In this document: piece after piece, positions 40,866 to 52,120 of the stretch | How the letters are laid out: each line of letters begins with the position of its first letter | Position numbering within the stretch: position 1 is the stretch's first letter | From: Leptospira biflexa | GTDB taxonomy: Bacteria > Spirochaetota > UBA4802 > UB4802 | Length of the DNA stretch: 64,000 bases | Assembly (NCBI GenBank): GCA_020721905.1 | Contig: DYLU01000006.1 | Span: 918-64,917, forward strand | Direction: 5' to 3' | Made by a program: the position numbers and the translations under genes | The notes under the pieces: generated by a model | The model's database searches: none | Told to the model about the DNA's origin: nothing | The model's input: only the letters and a program-made list of their open reading frames with translations

Positions 40866-41987
40866 CTATGTATAAAACTCACGATCTGAATCAACAGTTT
40901 CACCCTCAATACGGGCAAACTCCTTTAAAAGCTCTTTCTGACGCGGGCTAAGTTTCCTGGGTACTTTAATATTAATCTTTACCAGCTGATCGCCTTTTCC
41001 ATATGAACCTAAATAGGGCAAACCATTACCCTTAAGTCTAAAAATCTGGCCATTTTCAGTGCCTGCAGATATTTTCATCTTGGCTTTTTTACCATAGATT
41101 GTTGGCACTTCAATCTCACCGCCTAAACAGGCAACAGCAAAAGAAACATCCACAACGCTTATCAGGTCATTGCCATGGCGTTCAAATATCGGGTGTTTCT
41201 GAATATGAACCACAACATACAGATCTCCTGCAGGCCCTCCGCCCGGTCCCTGCTCACCTTCGCCCGCAATCTTAAGGCGGGAACCTGAATCAACACCAGC
41301 AGGTATTTTTACTGTAATCTTGCGATGTTTTTCCTCAAGACCTGTCCCTTTACATACCCTGCATGGTGAAGTTATAATCTTACCTTCTCCTTTACATTTA
41401 TAACAGGTTTGAGTAATTGAGAAAAACCCCTGAGTCTGGCGGATCTGTCCTGTGCCATTACATACGGGACATACAGTTGGCTTTGTTCCTGACGCTGAGC
41501 CTGTTCCACCACATGCACTGCATATTTCATGACGTGGAATTTCTATCTGAATTTCTTTCCCTAATGCTGCATCTTCCAGCGTAATTGAAAGGTCATATTG
41601 GATATCCCTGCCACGTCTGACACGTGTTGAACGGGTCCGGGTACCAAAACCAGCACCAAAAAAGCTTTCAAATATATCACCTAAATCAAAATCGCCAAAT
41701 ATATCCGAAAAATCTGTATATGCCCCTCTGCCAAAACCTTCAAATCCGGCAACACCTTCATGACCAAATTTGTCATACTGCGCTCGCCTTTTGGGATCAC
41801 GCAACACTTCATATGCCTCGGTGGCTTCTTTGAATTTTTCTTCTGCTTCCTTGCTTCCTTTATTGCGGTCAGGGTGATATTTTAAAGCAAGCTTTCTATA
41901 AGCTTGCTTTATTTCATCTTCAGATGCATTCCGAGGAACACCCAACACTTCATAATAATCTCTCTTTGTCGTAGCCAAGGTAATCAC
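40866..41987 (-). CDS. dnaJ: Chaperone DnaJ
   Basis: J-domain with HPD (KYHPDRN), a G/F-rich region, and four CxxCxGxG zinc-finger repeats ([32 protein letters not shown]). Confidence 0.95.
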   Translation of the reverse strand: MITLATTKRDYYEVLGVPRNASEDEIKQAYRKLALKYHPDRNKGSKEAEEKFKEATEAYEVLRDPKRRAQYDKFGHEGVAGFEGFGRGAYTDFSDIFGDFDLGDIFESFFGAGFGTRTRSTRVRRGRDIQYDLSITLEDAALGKEIQIEIPRHEICSACGGTGSASGTKPTVCPVCNGTGQIRQTQGFFSITQTCYKCKGEGKIITSPCRVCKGTGLEEKHRKITVKIPAGVDSGSRLKIAGEGEQGPGGGPAGDLYVVVHIQKHPIFERHGNDLISVVDVSFAVACLGGEIEVPTIYGKKAKMKISAGTENGQIFRLKGNGLPYLGSYGKGDQLVKINIKVPRKLSPRQKELLKEFARIEGETVDSDREFYT

Positions 41988-42013
41988 CCCTTATTTTAAA
42001 AGATTACAAAAAT

Positions 42014-42042
42014 TATACGACAATGGCAAGTATTGTCGCATA
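42014..42042 (-). other. Intercistronic stem-loop between dnaK and dnaJ
   Basis: TATACGACAAT-ggcaagt-ATTGTCGCATA, a near-perfect 11-bp inverted repeat in the 70-nt dnaK-dnaJ spacer. Confidence 0.35.
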
Positions 42043-42057
42043 ATTGTTCATAATTCA

Positions 42058-43980
42058 TTATTTTTTCTTATCATCATCTACTACTTCATAATCTGCATCA
42101 TATACCTTTTCGCCACTCTGAGCAGCCTCTTGCTTATCTGCTTCAGGCTGTTGGGATTTGGCATACTGCTCAGCACCCTGTTTGTATAAGCGTTCAGCAA
42201 AGGAATGCGATGCACGTTCCAACCTGGCCTTTGCATCGCGGATAACATTGATATCCGTTGATTCCATTGCTTTCCGCAGATTTTCAATTTCGGCTTCAAT
42301 GGTTGCTTTTTCACTGGCTTCTATCTTGCCTTCATTTTCACGAATAAGTTTTTCAAGCGAATAGATGAGCGCATCGGCTTCATTGCGTGCTTCAATAAGC
42401 TGGTGTGCCTTACGGTCTTCTTCTGCGTGCAATTCTGCATCCTTTACCATCTTCTTGATTTCTTCTTCGCTCAGGCCGCTTGAAGCTTCTATTCGGATCT
42501 TCTGTTCTTTACCAGTGCCCAGATCTTTTGCAGATACATGCAGTATACCATTAGCGTCAATATCAAATGTTACTTCAATCTGTGGCACGCCCCTGGGTGC
42601 AGGTGGTATGCCTACTAAATCAAACCTGCCTATGGTTCTGTTCTGTGAGGCCAGTTCACGCTCACCCTGCAATACATGTATTGATACTGCCGTCTGATTA
42701 TCCGCCGCAGTTGAGAATATCTGGCTTTTTCGTGTTGGTATGGTTGTGTTGCGTTCAATAAGCTTTGTCATTACTCCACCTAATGTTTCAATACCAAGCG
42801 ACAATGGTATAACATCAAGCAACAACACATCATGAACTTCACCAGCCAACACACCACCCTGAATAGCAGCCCCAACTGCAACCACTTCGTCAGGGTTTAC
42901 ACCTTTATGAGGCTCTTTGCCAAACACCCTGCGTACAAGTTCCTGAACAGAAGGGATTCGTGTTGAGCCACCAACCAAAATTACTTCATCAATATCACCG
43001 GGGGTAAGTCCTGCATCTTCCAGCGCCTTAATACAGGGCTCTTTAGTTGATTCAATCAGGTCTTCCACCAACCCTTCAAATTTTGACCGTGTTAATGTCA
43101 TAATAAGGTGTTTTGGGCCGCTCTGATCTGCAGTAATAAATGGTATATTGATTTCAGTCTGCAGTTTATTGGAAAGCTCAATCTTTGCCTTTTCAGCTGC
43201 TTCTTTTAACCGCTGTAAGGCCATCTTATCAGTACCTAAATCAATTCCTGTCTGCTTTTTAAACTCTGTGATCAGCCATTCCATAATACGCTGGTCAAAG
43301 TCATCACCACCTAAATGGGTATTACCATTGGTTGATTTTACTTCAAATACCCCATCACCCAATTCCAGTATTGAAATGTCAAAAGTACCGCCACCCAGAT
43401 CATATACTGCTATTTTGTGATTGCGATCCTTCTTATCAAGGCCATATGCCAGCGCCGCAGCAGTTGGTTCATTTATTATTCGCTCAACTGTTAATCCTGC
43501 AATACGGCCAGCATCCTTTGTTGCCTGTCTTTGTGAATCATTAAAGTACGCTGGTACTGTAATAACAGCACGGGTAACCTTTTCGCCCAGGTAATCTTCA
43601 GCACTCTGTTTCATCTTCTGTAAAATTCGTGCGGATATTTCCTGAGGAGTAAAATCCCCGGCAATGGTTTTAACCTTTACACCATTTTTCCCATCATCCG
43701 TAACAGTATATGGAACCATCTTAATTTCACTTGAAACCTCGCTGTACAAACGCCCCATAAACCGCTTGATTGATCGGATGGTGTTCTCAGGGTTGGTAAT
43801 CATCTGGTTTTTGGCAACCTGTCCAACCAAACGCTCACCTTTATCAGTAAACGCAACAACCGATGGTGTAGTCCGTTGCCCTTCGGAATTGGGTATAACC
43901 ACAGGTTCACCACCAACCATAACTGCAACACATGAGTTTGTGGTTCCAAGGTCAATTCCTATTATCTTACTCATAGTCAT
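42058..43980 (-). CDS. dnaK: Chaperone DnaK (Hsp70)
   Basis: [22 protein letters not shown] and other Hsp70 signatures. 640 aa. Confidence 0.95.
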   Translation of the reverse strand: MTMSKIIGIDLGTTNSCVAVMVGGEPVVIPNSEGQRTTPSVVAFTDKGERLVGQVAKNQMITNPENTIRSIKRFMGRLYSEVSSEIKMVPYTVTDDGKNGVKVKTIAGDFTPQEISARILQKMKQSAEDYLGEKVTRAVITVPAYFNDSQRQATKDAGRIAGLTVERIINEPTAAALAYGLDKKDRNHKIAVYDLGGGTFDISILELGDGVFEVKSTNGNTHLGGDDFDQRIMEWLITEFKKQTGIDLGTDKMALQRLKEAAEKAKIELSNKLQTEINIPFITADQSGPKHLIMTLTRSKFEGLVEDLIESTKEPCIKALEDAGLTPGDIDEVILVGGSTRIPSVQELVRRVFGKEPHKGVNPDEVVAVGAAIQGGVLAGEVHDVLLLDVIPLSLGIETLGGVMTKLIERNTTIPTRKSQIFSTAADNQTAVSIHVLQGERELASQNRTIGRFDLVGIPPAPRGVPQIEVTFDIDANGILHVSAKDLGTGKEQKIRIEASSGLSEEEIKKMVKDAELHAEEDRKAHQLIEARNEADALIYSLEKLIRENEGKIEASEKATIEAEIENLRKAMESTDINVIRDAKARLERASHSFAERLYKQGAEQYAKSQQPEADKQEAAQSGEKVYDADYEVVDDDKKK

Positions 43981-44041
43981 TCTCCTTTTTTATGAATATA
44001 TTCTAATGATAGTTTGTATCATTGTATCATGCACATTAACA

Positions 44042-44803
44042 TTAATGCGGTGATGCTGTCGTGTTTTCTCCAGTTTTTTCACTGGTAGTGTCGGGTTTTT
44101 TTGCCGGGCGCGTCACCTTAACCCGTGCAGCCCTGATTACATATTTATCTAACTTAAAGCCTTTTTGATATACTTTGGTGATAGTATCCTTCATAACATC
44201 AGGGCTTTCATCAATTTCAACAGCTTCATTATACTCCGGATCAAACGGCTGGTTGTAGCTTTCAATCTCTTCAACACCATAGCGCTTCAGCATATCCTCT
44301 ATCTGCCGTGATATAATCTTCACACCTTCAACAAACGATGTATGTGCTATAGCTAAATTTTCAACATTCTGCACATTACCGGCAGCTTCAATTGCTCTGA
44401 TTAAATCGTCATTAATGGTAATAACATCAAGCGCCATATCCTTTATGGCTAACTTCCTGTCATCCTCCTGCATACGGATGACACGTTTCTTGTAATTTTC
44501 AAAATCAGCCTGCCTTCGCATCAGCAAATCTTTCAGTGCAGTCAATTCTTCATTCTTTTTATTCAATTCTTCCTGTAACGTCTGCAATGCATCCTCCTTC
44601 TGTTGCAATTGGTCCTGCGCGGCTTGCGACTCTTCTCCGCCAGATGGCTGATTAGTGGAGCTATCGCCCACAGGCTCCTGCGCATTCATGTGTTCATGTA
44701 ATTCTTTTTTGTTGTAATGTATTTCTTTACCTGCTGCATCGTGTTGTTGCTCGTTATTGTGATGCTTTTTATCCTTACCGCTCATATATCCCCCTGTATT
44801 CAA
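44042..44803 (-). CDS. grpE: Nucleotide exchange factor GrpE (with a Q/E-rich N-terminal extension)
   Basis: The C-terminal half matches GrpE (LKDLLMRRQADFENYKKRV…). The N-terminal ~80 aa are low-complexity. Confidence 0.85.
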   Translation of the reverse strand: MNTGGYMSGKDKKHHNNEQQHDAAGKEIHYNKKELHEHMNAQEPVGDSSTNQPSGGEESQAAQDQLQQKEDALQTLQEELNKKNEELTALKDLLMRRQADFENYKKRVIRMQEDDRKLAIKDMALDVITINDDLIRAIEAAGNVQNVENLAIAHTSFVEGVKIISRQIEDMLKRYGVEEIESYNQPFDPEYNEAVEIDESPDVMKDTITKVYQKGFKLDKYVIRAARVKVTRPAKKPDTTSEKTGENTTASPH

Positions 44804-44828
44804 TGGTAATTAAACAATGTGTTTTGAA

Positions 44829-45872
44829 TTATTTGGTCATCTGTGTTAAAAAGTTTGAAACCACTTTGCCCGTATAATCCACAAGCGGAACCACTTTTTC
44901 ATAATCCATTCGCGTTGGGCCAATAATGCCAACAACGCCAACAGGGCTGTTTCCTATTTTATATGATGAAGCAATAATGCTGCAACATGGGATTGCTATT
45001 TCCTTGATTTCTTCACCAATCAACGTAAATACACCTTCTTTCTGGCGCAACTCTTCCATTATCTTACGCAGAGTATCCTTTTGCTCAATAAACCGCAACA
45101 CCTCGCGCAATTTTTCGGTTTCAACCATGTCAGGTATGTGTAAAAGATTTTCAATACCATCAATATAGATTTCCGGCTCCTTCTCATCTTTCAGCGCCAG
45201 TTCAGTTATATCCAGCGCTATATCGCGCACCTGAGGATCAATACCGGTTACAGTGCGCAGTTGATTAATTAAACTTTGCTTAATTTCAACTAACGAATAA
45301 CCTGAAAGCTCCGCAGTAAGAAAGCGGGAATATTTATAAAGGTCATCCTGATTGACTGGCGATGAAAGCCTTACCTTTTTATGGATAACAATGCCTGTTC
45401 TGGTTACAATAATAAACAGCACTTCATTGGCTGTAAGCGATATAATTTCAATATGTTTGACAACAGTAAAATCAGGCTTTGGCATAAGCGCAATGCCCGT
45501 ATATTTTGAAATAAGCGATAGCATCCTGACAATAGACATGAATATCCTGTCCAGTTCAATCTCACGGGTCAGCAGTTCCTCTTTAACCTCCACGCCATTT
45601 TTTGCCACAGTTTCGTAGGTATCAAGAAGCGAATCCACATAAAACCTGTAACCTATATCGGTAGGGATACGACCTGCCGATGTATGAGGCTGTGATAGGT
45701 AGCCCATCTGCTCCAGATCAAACATGATGTTTCGCATGGTTGCCGGTGAAAGTGAAAACGAATACTTCTGCACAAATGAACGGGAACCTACCGGTTTACC
45801 TGTAGATATATACTCATATACGATTGCTTTTAAAACCTGTGCTTCTCGTTCATTTAATTGCTTCAGTATCAT
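44829..45872 (-). CDS. hrcA: Heat-inducible transcription repressor HrcA
   Basis: Winged-helix N-terminus (ILKQLNEREAQVLKAIVYEYISTGKPVGSRS). Start moved to the ATG at 45872, because the track ORF's 5' extension would overlap the CIRCE operator. Confidence 0.85.
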   Translation of the reverse strand: MILKQLNEREAQVLKAIVYEYISTGKPVGSRSFVQKYSFSLSPATMRNIMFDLEQMGYLSQPHTSAGRIPTDIGYRFYVDSLLDTYETVAKNGVEVKEELLTREIELDRIFMSIVRMLSLISKYTGIALMPKPDFTVVKHIEIISLTANEVLFIIVTRTGIVIHKKVRLSSPVNQDDLYKYSRFLTAELSGYSLVEIKQSLINQLRTVTGIDPQVRDIALDITELALKDEKEPEIYIDGIENLLHIPDMVETEKLREVLRFIEQKDTLRKIMEELRQKEGVFTLIGEEIKEIAIPCCSIIASSYKIGNSPVGVVGIIGPTRMDYEKVVPLVDYTGKVVSNFLTQMTK

Positions 45873-45895
45873 TGCATTACTCTCATTTTCAATTA

Positions 45896-45922
45896 TTAGC
45901 ACTCTATCAATATGAGTGCTAA
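45896..45922. promoter_or_regulatory. CIRCE operator (HrcA binding site)
   Basis: TTAGCACTC-TATCAATAT-GAGTGCTAA, a perfect match to the 9-N9-9 CIRCE consensus, 24 nt upstream of the hrcA start. Confidence 0.9.
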
Positions 45923-45923
45923 T

Positions 45924-45952
45924 AATGTACTAAAAAAAATAGCGCTCGTCAA
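45924..45952 (-). promoter_or_regulatory. Sigma-70-like promoter of the hrcA-grpE-dnaK-dnaJ operon
   Basis: Minus strand: TTGACG (forward cgtcaa, 45947-45952), a 17-nt spacer, then TACATT (forward aatgta, 45924-45929). CIRCE starts two nt downstream of the -10, so the operator spans the transcription start. Confidence 0.5.
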
Positions 45953-45986
45953 GTCATTTTGCTTAAAAATGTTTAAATATTTCAGT

Positions 45987-46796
45987 TTATTTTTTCTTTT
46001 TTTTCTCTTCTTCCTCTTTTTCATCCGCTTCAAGCCTTATCCGCAGTGCCTCAATGGTATTTTTTAGTTTTTCAGCTTCTTCTGATTCGCCAAATAGTAT
46101 GTTAACCCTTCGTAAAGCTGTTAAAAGTTCTATGGAACGCAGGATATCCTCTGAGGATTTAGTTGATATTTCGTATTTATTCCTATACTGCTTTGCTGCC
46201 TCTGACAAACTCTGCTTGCAAAGCTTCAGCATCTCCTGGCGATCATAATAAAACTCTTTACGGGGATCCCGGTATTTCTGCAAATCACTGAAATTGATCA
46301 GGTTTTTGGTAATGACAGCTACCCTGCCCTGCAGTTCAACAAAGGACCATTTCCATTTAGAGCTTTCGCCTAAAGCTTCCATAATCTTTTGCAATAATGT
46401 ATGGAGTTCTTTCATGAGATTAAGAATCTGTGCAGGATTTAATTTTGCTATTGCCTGTAAATATTCTTCATTTTCTTTTAAGGGGCGGTCAATGTCCTTG
46501 CCAACTATCTCCTCAAATAACTGTAAAATTCTGTAAAATTCTTTACGTGCATCATTTAAAAAACGTTCGTTTTTAATCTTGAGCATATCAAGTGATGCTT
46601 TATTCATATTGAGCAATGTATATATGTATTTTGTATAGAATAAAATAAGCTCAATATTAACATAACCCATAATATTGGACATTTTTTTCTTTTTCTGCTC
46701 AGCTTCCTTTATCTGTTTGGTCAACTCATCAAGTTTGGCTTTATACCCTTTAATAAAGTCATTGTACGCTGCTTTCTCGGCTTTTGTGATTGGCAT
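45987..46796 (-). CDS. Hypothetical coiled-coil protein with a poly-E/K tail
   Basis: 269 aa, helical and K/E-rich, ending EADEKEEEEKKKKK. Preceded 12 nt upstream by a small ORF, with RBS AGGGAAC. Confidence 0.4.
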   Translation of the reverse strand: MPITKAEKAAYNDFIKGYKAKLDELTKQIKEAEQKKKKMSNIMGYVNIELILFYTKYIYTLLNMNKASLDMLKIKNERFLNDARKEFYRILQLFEEIVGKDIDRPLKENEEYLQAIAKLNPAQILNLMKELHTLLQKIMEALGESSKWKWSFVELQGRVAVITKNLINFSDLQKYRDPRKEFYYDRQEMLKLCKQSLSEAAKQYRNKYEISTKSSEDILRSIELLTALRRVNILFGESEEAEKLKNTIEALRIRLEADEKEEEEKKKKK

Positions 46797-46808
46797 CGAT
46801 TGTTCCCT

Positions 46809-46955
46809 CTATGCATAAGTGTCAATAGTTGTTTCTTTAGCCTGCTCAGGTTTTTTTTCAACCTCAGCTTGCGCCTTTGGCTCTTCCTGTTGCTGGTTAT
46901 TCACTGAAAATCCTGCAGGAATAACATCTGCACCTGAAATTCGCATTATTTCCAT
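46809..46955 (-). CDS. Small ORF (48 aa) with a strong RBS, probably co-transcribed with the coiled-coil gene
   Basis: GGGAGGG lies 5 nt before the ATG. MEIMRISGADVIPAGFSVNNQQQEEPKAQAEVEKKPEQAKETTIDTYA. Below the ORF-track size cutoff. Confidence 0.35.
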   Translation of the reverse strand: MEIMRISGADVIPAGFSVNNQQQEEPKAQAEVEKKPEQAKETTIDTYA

Positions 46956-47274
46956 AATATCCCTCCCTGGAAATTAAAATATACTGACATCATAGCCAGC
47001 CGCCGCATAATTACCCCTCATCTCTTATACAAACAAAGACCAATAGAGCACGCTATGAGTTAAAAGTTATCAAGTCTTGTACCCCCTTCTTTTAGCCCAT
47101 AACCGCTTTACCCCCTGGATGATACATCTCAATTATGCGTGTACCCCGGATAAATGTACTATCATTGTACAGATAAAAATATCAAGCAAAAAATAAAGTT
47201 GCAATTAATCTATTTTTAATTGACACTACCAAATCATATCACACAAATGTGCAAAAAAATTAAGGAGAAATCCC

Positions 47275-50200
47275 TTGCCAAAACGAAGCGATATTAAAAA
47301 AGTTATGATTATAGGTTCCGGCCCAATAATAATTGGGCAAGCCTGTGAATTTGATTATTCCGGTACTCAGGCCTGTAAGGCATTAAAAAAATTAGGTTAT
47401 GCGATAGTTCTGGTAAATTCAAACCCTGCAACTATAATGACCGATCCTGAAATAGCAGACGTCACATATATTGAACCTCTTACCGTTGAGTCCCTTTCAA
47501 AAATTATTGAAAAAGAAAAACCCGATGCACTGCTTCCCAACTTGGGCGGCCAGACAGGGCTTAACCTTTCTGCCGAACTGTCCCGACAGGGGGTATTGTA
47601 AAAATATGGTGTTACTATCATAGGTGTTGAAGTTGATGCAATAGAGCGTGGAGAGGACCGTATTGCTTTTAAAAATACAATGAACGCACTGGGCATACCC
47701 ATGCCTCAAAGTGAACCAGCCTATAGTATTGAAGAAGCAAAGAAAATCGCCGACAAATTGGGATTTCCTCTGGTTATCAGGCCTGCCTATACGCTGGGAG
47801 GTACCGGCGGTGGCCATGTATATAACATGGAAGAGCTTGAAACCATTGTATCGCGAGGACTATCGGCCAGCTTGATTGGTCAGGTTCTTATTGAAGAATC
47901 AGTCATTGGCTAGGAAGAGCTGGAACTTGAAGTAGTGCGCGATGCAAAGAATCAGATGATTACCGTGTGCTTTATTGAAAATGTTGATTCAATGGGCATT
48001 CATACTGGCGATTCATTCTGTACAGCACCAATGCTTACCATAAGCCAGCAAACCCAGAAAAAATTACGGGAATATTCATACAAAATTGTTGAAGCAATAA
48101 AAGTTATAGGCGGCACTAACGTTCAGTTTGCCCATGATCCCAAAACCGGAAGAATTGTGGTTATTGAGATTAATCCCCGCACTTCACGATCTTCAGCTCT
48201 TGCGTCAAAGGCAACGGGATTCCCCATAGCATTTGTCTCATCACTTCTTGCAGCCGGTTTAACCCTTGATGAAATCCCTTACTGGCGTGATGGCACTCTG
48301 GATAAATATACGCCTTCAGGGGATTATGTGGTGGTAAAATTTGCACGATGGGGTTTTGAAAAGTTTAAGGGGGTTGAAGACAGGCTTGGAACACAGATGC
48401 GCTCTGTAGGCGAAGTCATGAGCATAGGGAAAAACTACAAGGAAGCATTGCAAAAAGCCATTAGGTCCCTTGAAATTGGCCGATACGGGCTTGGCTTTGC
48501 TAAAAATTATAATAATCTTGATCTTGATGAACTTATCCGTCTTGTGAGCACGCCAACCAGCGAACGCCAGTTTATAATGTACGAAGCTTTGCGAAAAGGT
48601 GCTGATATAGATATACTTCACGAACGCACTCACATAAAAAAGTATTTCATAGAGCAGATGAAAGAGCTGGTTGAACTGGAAAACCAGATGCTTGCCTATA
48701 AAGGAAAATCACTGCCTGATGCATTGCTCACTACTGCCAAACAGTGGGGATTTGCCGACAGGTATCTTTCAAAGATTCTGAATATCCCTGAAGATTCAAT
48801 CCGAAGACAAAGGGTTGAACTTGGCGTGGTTGAGCGTTGGGAAGCGGTACCAGTAAGTGGGGTGGAAAATGCTGCATATTATTATTCAACATACAATGCA
48901 CCTGACAAGGTTTCCGTTTCTGACCGCAAGAAAATTATGGTTTTAGGCGGTGGCCCTAACAGAATTGGTCAGGGTATTGAATTTGATTACTGCTGTGTCC
49001 ATGCAGCGTTTGCCATAAAAAAAGCCGGCTATGAAGCTATTATTGTTAACTGCAATCCGGAAACCGTTTCAACTGATTATGACACTGCAGACAAATTGTA
49101 CTTTGAACCTCTGACAGTTGAAGATGTATTGAGCATATATAAAAAAGAAAAACCCGAGGGAGTAATTGTTCAATTTGGTGGACAAACCCCATTGAATATT
49201 GCCGGTGAGCTTGTCAAGGCCGGGGTAAAAATTCTTGGAACATCCGTTAATTCCATTGACCTTGCAGAAGACCGCGACCGTTTCCGCAAAGTGATTCAAA
49301 AGTTGGGCATTCCTCAGCCAGAATCAGGGATGGCTTCCTCACTTGATGAAGCTATTGCTATTGCACAATCAATTGGATATCCGCTTATGGTACGCCCATC
49401 ATACGTGCTTGGCGGAAGAGCAATGGAGATAGTATATGATGAAAATATGCTGAAACAATATGTTAAAGCAGCCGTCGAAGTAAGCCCTGAAAGGCCAATT
49501 CTTATAGACAGATTTCTTGACAATGCAATTGAATGTGAAGCTGATGCAATTTGCGATGGCAATGATGCCTTTGTTCCGGCTGTTATGGAACATATAGAGC
49601 TTGCCGGTGTCCATTCAGGTGATTCGGCATGCGCTATCCCTCCATTTAGTATTAGCCACAAACACCTTGCTACAATAGAGGAATATACTAAAAAAATTGC
49701 CCTCACGCTTAACGTTAGCGGCCTTTTGAACATCCAGTATGCAATTGCCAATGATACAGTATATATTCTGGAAGCAAATCCCAGAGCTTCCCGTACAGTA
49801 CCACTTGTTTCAAAAGTGTGCGGGATTCCAATGGCCAAAATTGCAACAAAGATTATGCTGGGCGAAAAACTTTCAACATTACACCTAAAGAAAATACCCA
49901 TTAAACATTTTGGCGTAAAAGAAGCAGTATTCCCATTTATCATGTTCCCTGAAGTTGACCCGGTGCTGGGTCCTGAAATGCGTTCCACCGGTGAGGTTTT
50001 AGGTATTGCAGATAACTTTGGTATTGCCTACTTCAAGGCCCAGGATGCAGCCGGCCAGCGATTGCCACTGGAAGGGAACGTTCTGATTACAGTTAATTGC
50101 AAAGACCGTGAAGGAGCGCTTGAAGTTGCACAAAATTTCCACAAGTTAGGCTTTTTTAATTTTTGCAACAGAAGGCACAGCGCAGTATCTCCATGAACAT

Positions 50201-50485
50201 GGCATACCATCTACAATGATATTAAAACTTCAGGAAGGAAGGCCTAACATTATAGATAAAATTAAAAATAAAGAAATTAATTTGATTATCAATACCCCGT
50301 ATGGGCCATCAAGCAAATGGGATGATTCATATATCCGAAAGTCTGCTATCAGGTACAAGATCCCCTATATAACAACTATCGCAGCAACCAGGGCAGCGGT
50401 AAACGGAATAGAAATGCGAAAAAAATATGGGGACGAAATCCCAAAATCACTGCAGGAATACCATGCTGAAATGAAGCTGACATAG
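47275..50485 (+). pseudogene. carB: carB (carbamoyl-phosphate synthase large subunit) disrupted by two in-frame nonsense codons and a +1 frameshift
   Basis: The four track ORFs (47275..47601, 47680..47913, 47935..50196, 50216..50485) concatenate into one ~1070-aa CarB with all expected motifs ([30 protein letters not shown]…, both ATP-grasp halves, the MGS-like C-terminus). The first three are in the same frame. The TAA at 47599-47601 replaces a conserved Glu (GVL*KYGV; E. coli GVLEKFGV). The TAG at 47911-47913 replaces a conserved Trp (ESVIG*EELELEVVRD; E. coli SLIGWKEYEMEVVRD). The frame shifts by +1 in the T6 run at 50152-50157; deleting one T restores …KLGFLIFATEGTAQYLHEHGI. TTG start with RBS AAGGAG. 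Confidence 0.8.
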
Positions 50486-50555
50486 TTATTATTTAAATTT
50501 TTCTATTGACTTTTTTTATTGCATTTATTTAATGGCAGAAAAAAAGATAACCAAC

Positions 50556-50605
50556 CAACTGGGATTATTGTAAAGGCAGTTTCAATAATCAGTTGCATTT
50601 TTTTT
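50556..50605 (+). terminator. Rho-independent terminator downstream of the carB remnant
   Basis: CAACTGGGATTATTG-taaaggcagttt-CAATAATCAGTTG (13-bp stem with one bulge), followed by CATTTTTTTT. Confidence 0.5.
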
Positions 50606-50743
50606 CATAATCTTCTTGACTATTATATTTAGAGAATCTCTTTGTAAGAAGAAAATTAATAGATTATTGCTATAAAGTATGCATGGCAGTAAAGACCTAT
50701 TAATTTTTTAAATAAATCTTTTATACTATAAGAGAGGCGTACC

Positions 50744-52063
50744 TTGACACTAAAAAATACTGAAATTCAAAAAGCCGAAGGCAAATTAGGGGTGCTTATC
50801 CCCGGGCTTGGTGCTGTCAGCACCACTTTTATTGCAGGTGTGATGCTTGTTCGTAAAGGATTAAAGCTTCCTAAAGGCTCTGTAACAATGATGGGGAAGC
50901 TCAGAATAGGCAAAGGTGATGATGCACGTTATGTGCCAATCAAAGATTTTGTTCCACTGGCCAATTTGAAAGATATGGAATTTGGCGGATGGGACATTTT
51001 TGAAGATACTGCATATGAAGCAGCCATTAAAGCGGGCGTGTTACAGAAGCAGGACCTTGAACCAATAAAGGAAGAATTATCTTCAATCAAGCCATGGAAG
51101 GCTGTATTTTTTAATAATTATGTTAAAAAGCTTAATGGAACATGGGTTAAAAATGCTCCAAGCTACTGGGATTTAGCCCAGATGATTAAAGAAGACATCC
51201 TCAATTTCAAAAAAGCAAAAAATATTTCCCGCATGGTAATGGTATGGTGTGCCAGCACCGAGATATACCAGGAAATGAAGCCGGGAGTGCATGACACAAT
51301 TGAAAATTTTGAAAAAGCTCTTAAAGAAAGCAACAAGTATATTGCCCCCAGCATGATATATGCGTATGCAGCACTTGATTTAAGAATACCATTTGCCAAT
51401 GGTGCTCCAAACCTGTGTAATGAAATACCAGCATTGCGTCAGTTATCTGAAAAGAACAAAGTGCCGATGGGCGGCAGGGATTTCAAGACAGGCCAGACCT
51501 TAATGAAAACCATCATTGCCCCTGGACTAAAAGCACGAATGATTGGTGTTGATGGCTGGTATTCAACCAACATTTTAGGTAACCGCGATGGGGAAGTTCT
51601 TGATGACCCCGAATCATTTAAAACAAAAGAAGTAAGTAAACTTTCAGTTCTGGATAATATATTCCAGACTGACGAATACCCTGCACTGTATGACGGCTAT
51701 CACCATGTTGTCAGAATTAACTATTATCCGCCTCGTGGCGACAATAAGGAAAGCTGGGACAACATTGACATACGCGGCTGGTTAGATTATCCAATGCAGA
51801 TTAAGGTCAATTTTTTGTGCCGTGACTCAATACTGGCTGCTCCTGTTGTCCTTGATCTGGTGCTCTTCTTTGACTTAGCTCAGCGTGCATCAATGTATGG
51901 TATTCAGGAATGGCTTTCTTTCTACTGGAAAAGCCCAATGTTTGAACCGGGTGAAGAGCCAATCCATGACCTTTTTGTTCAGCTCATGAAGCTTAAAAAT
52001 ACATTACGCTGGCTCATGGATGTACCACCAGTAACCTACTTAGGTGCTGAAACATATGACTGA
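50744..52063 (+). CDS. myo-Inositol-1-phosphate synthase (MIPS)
   Basis: 439 aa. TTG start with RBS AGAGAGG. Conserved blocks match archaeal/bacterial MIPS: GVLIPGLGAVSTTFIAG, SMIYAYAALDLRIPFANGAPN, GWYSTNILGNRDGEVL, FYWKSPM. Confidence 0.85.
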   Translation: MTLKNTEIQKAEGKLGVLIPGLGAVSTTFIAGVMLVRKGLKLPKGSVTMMGKLRIGKGDDARYVPIKDFVPLANLKDMEFGGWDIFEDTAYEAAIKAGVLQKQDLEPIKEELSSIKPWKAVFFNNYVKKLNGTWVKNAPSYWDLAQMIKEDILNFKKAKNISRMVMVWCASTEIYQEMKPGVHDTIENFEKALKESNKYIAPSMIYAYAALDLRIPFANGAPNLCNEIPALRQLSEKNKVPMGGRDFKTGQTLMKTIIAPGLKARMIGVDGWYSTNILGNRDGEVLDDPESFKTKEVSKLSVLDNIFQTDEYPALYDGYHHVVRINYYPPRGDNKESWDNIDIRGWLDYPMQIKVNFLCRDSILAAPVVLDLVLFFDLAQRASMYGIQEWLSFYWKSPMFEPGEEPIHDLFVQLMKLKNTLRWLMDVPPVTYLGAETYD

Positions 52064-52076
52064 TATCAGCAACAAA

Positions 52077-52105
52077 AAGAGGGCTTGATAAAAGCCCTCT
52101 TTTAG
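52077..52105 (+). terminator. Rho-independent terminator after the MIPS gene
   Basis: AAGAGGGCTT-gataa-AAGCCCTCTTTT, 14 nt after the stop. The next gene starts 16 nt later. Confidence 0.6.
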
Positions 52106-52120
52106 TATATACTACACTAT

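Noticed and set aside
47275-50485. Treating the four carB pieces as separate small genes, or as a stop-codon read-through/recoding event
   Set aside because: The pieces are collinear with a single CarB. Three are in the same frame, separated only by TAA or TAG. All other genes in the window use TAA, TAG and TGA as ordinary stops, so reassigned codons are unlikely. Pseudogene or sequence error is the conservative reading.
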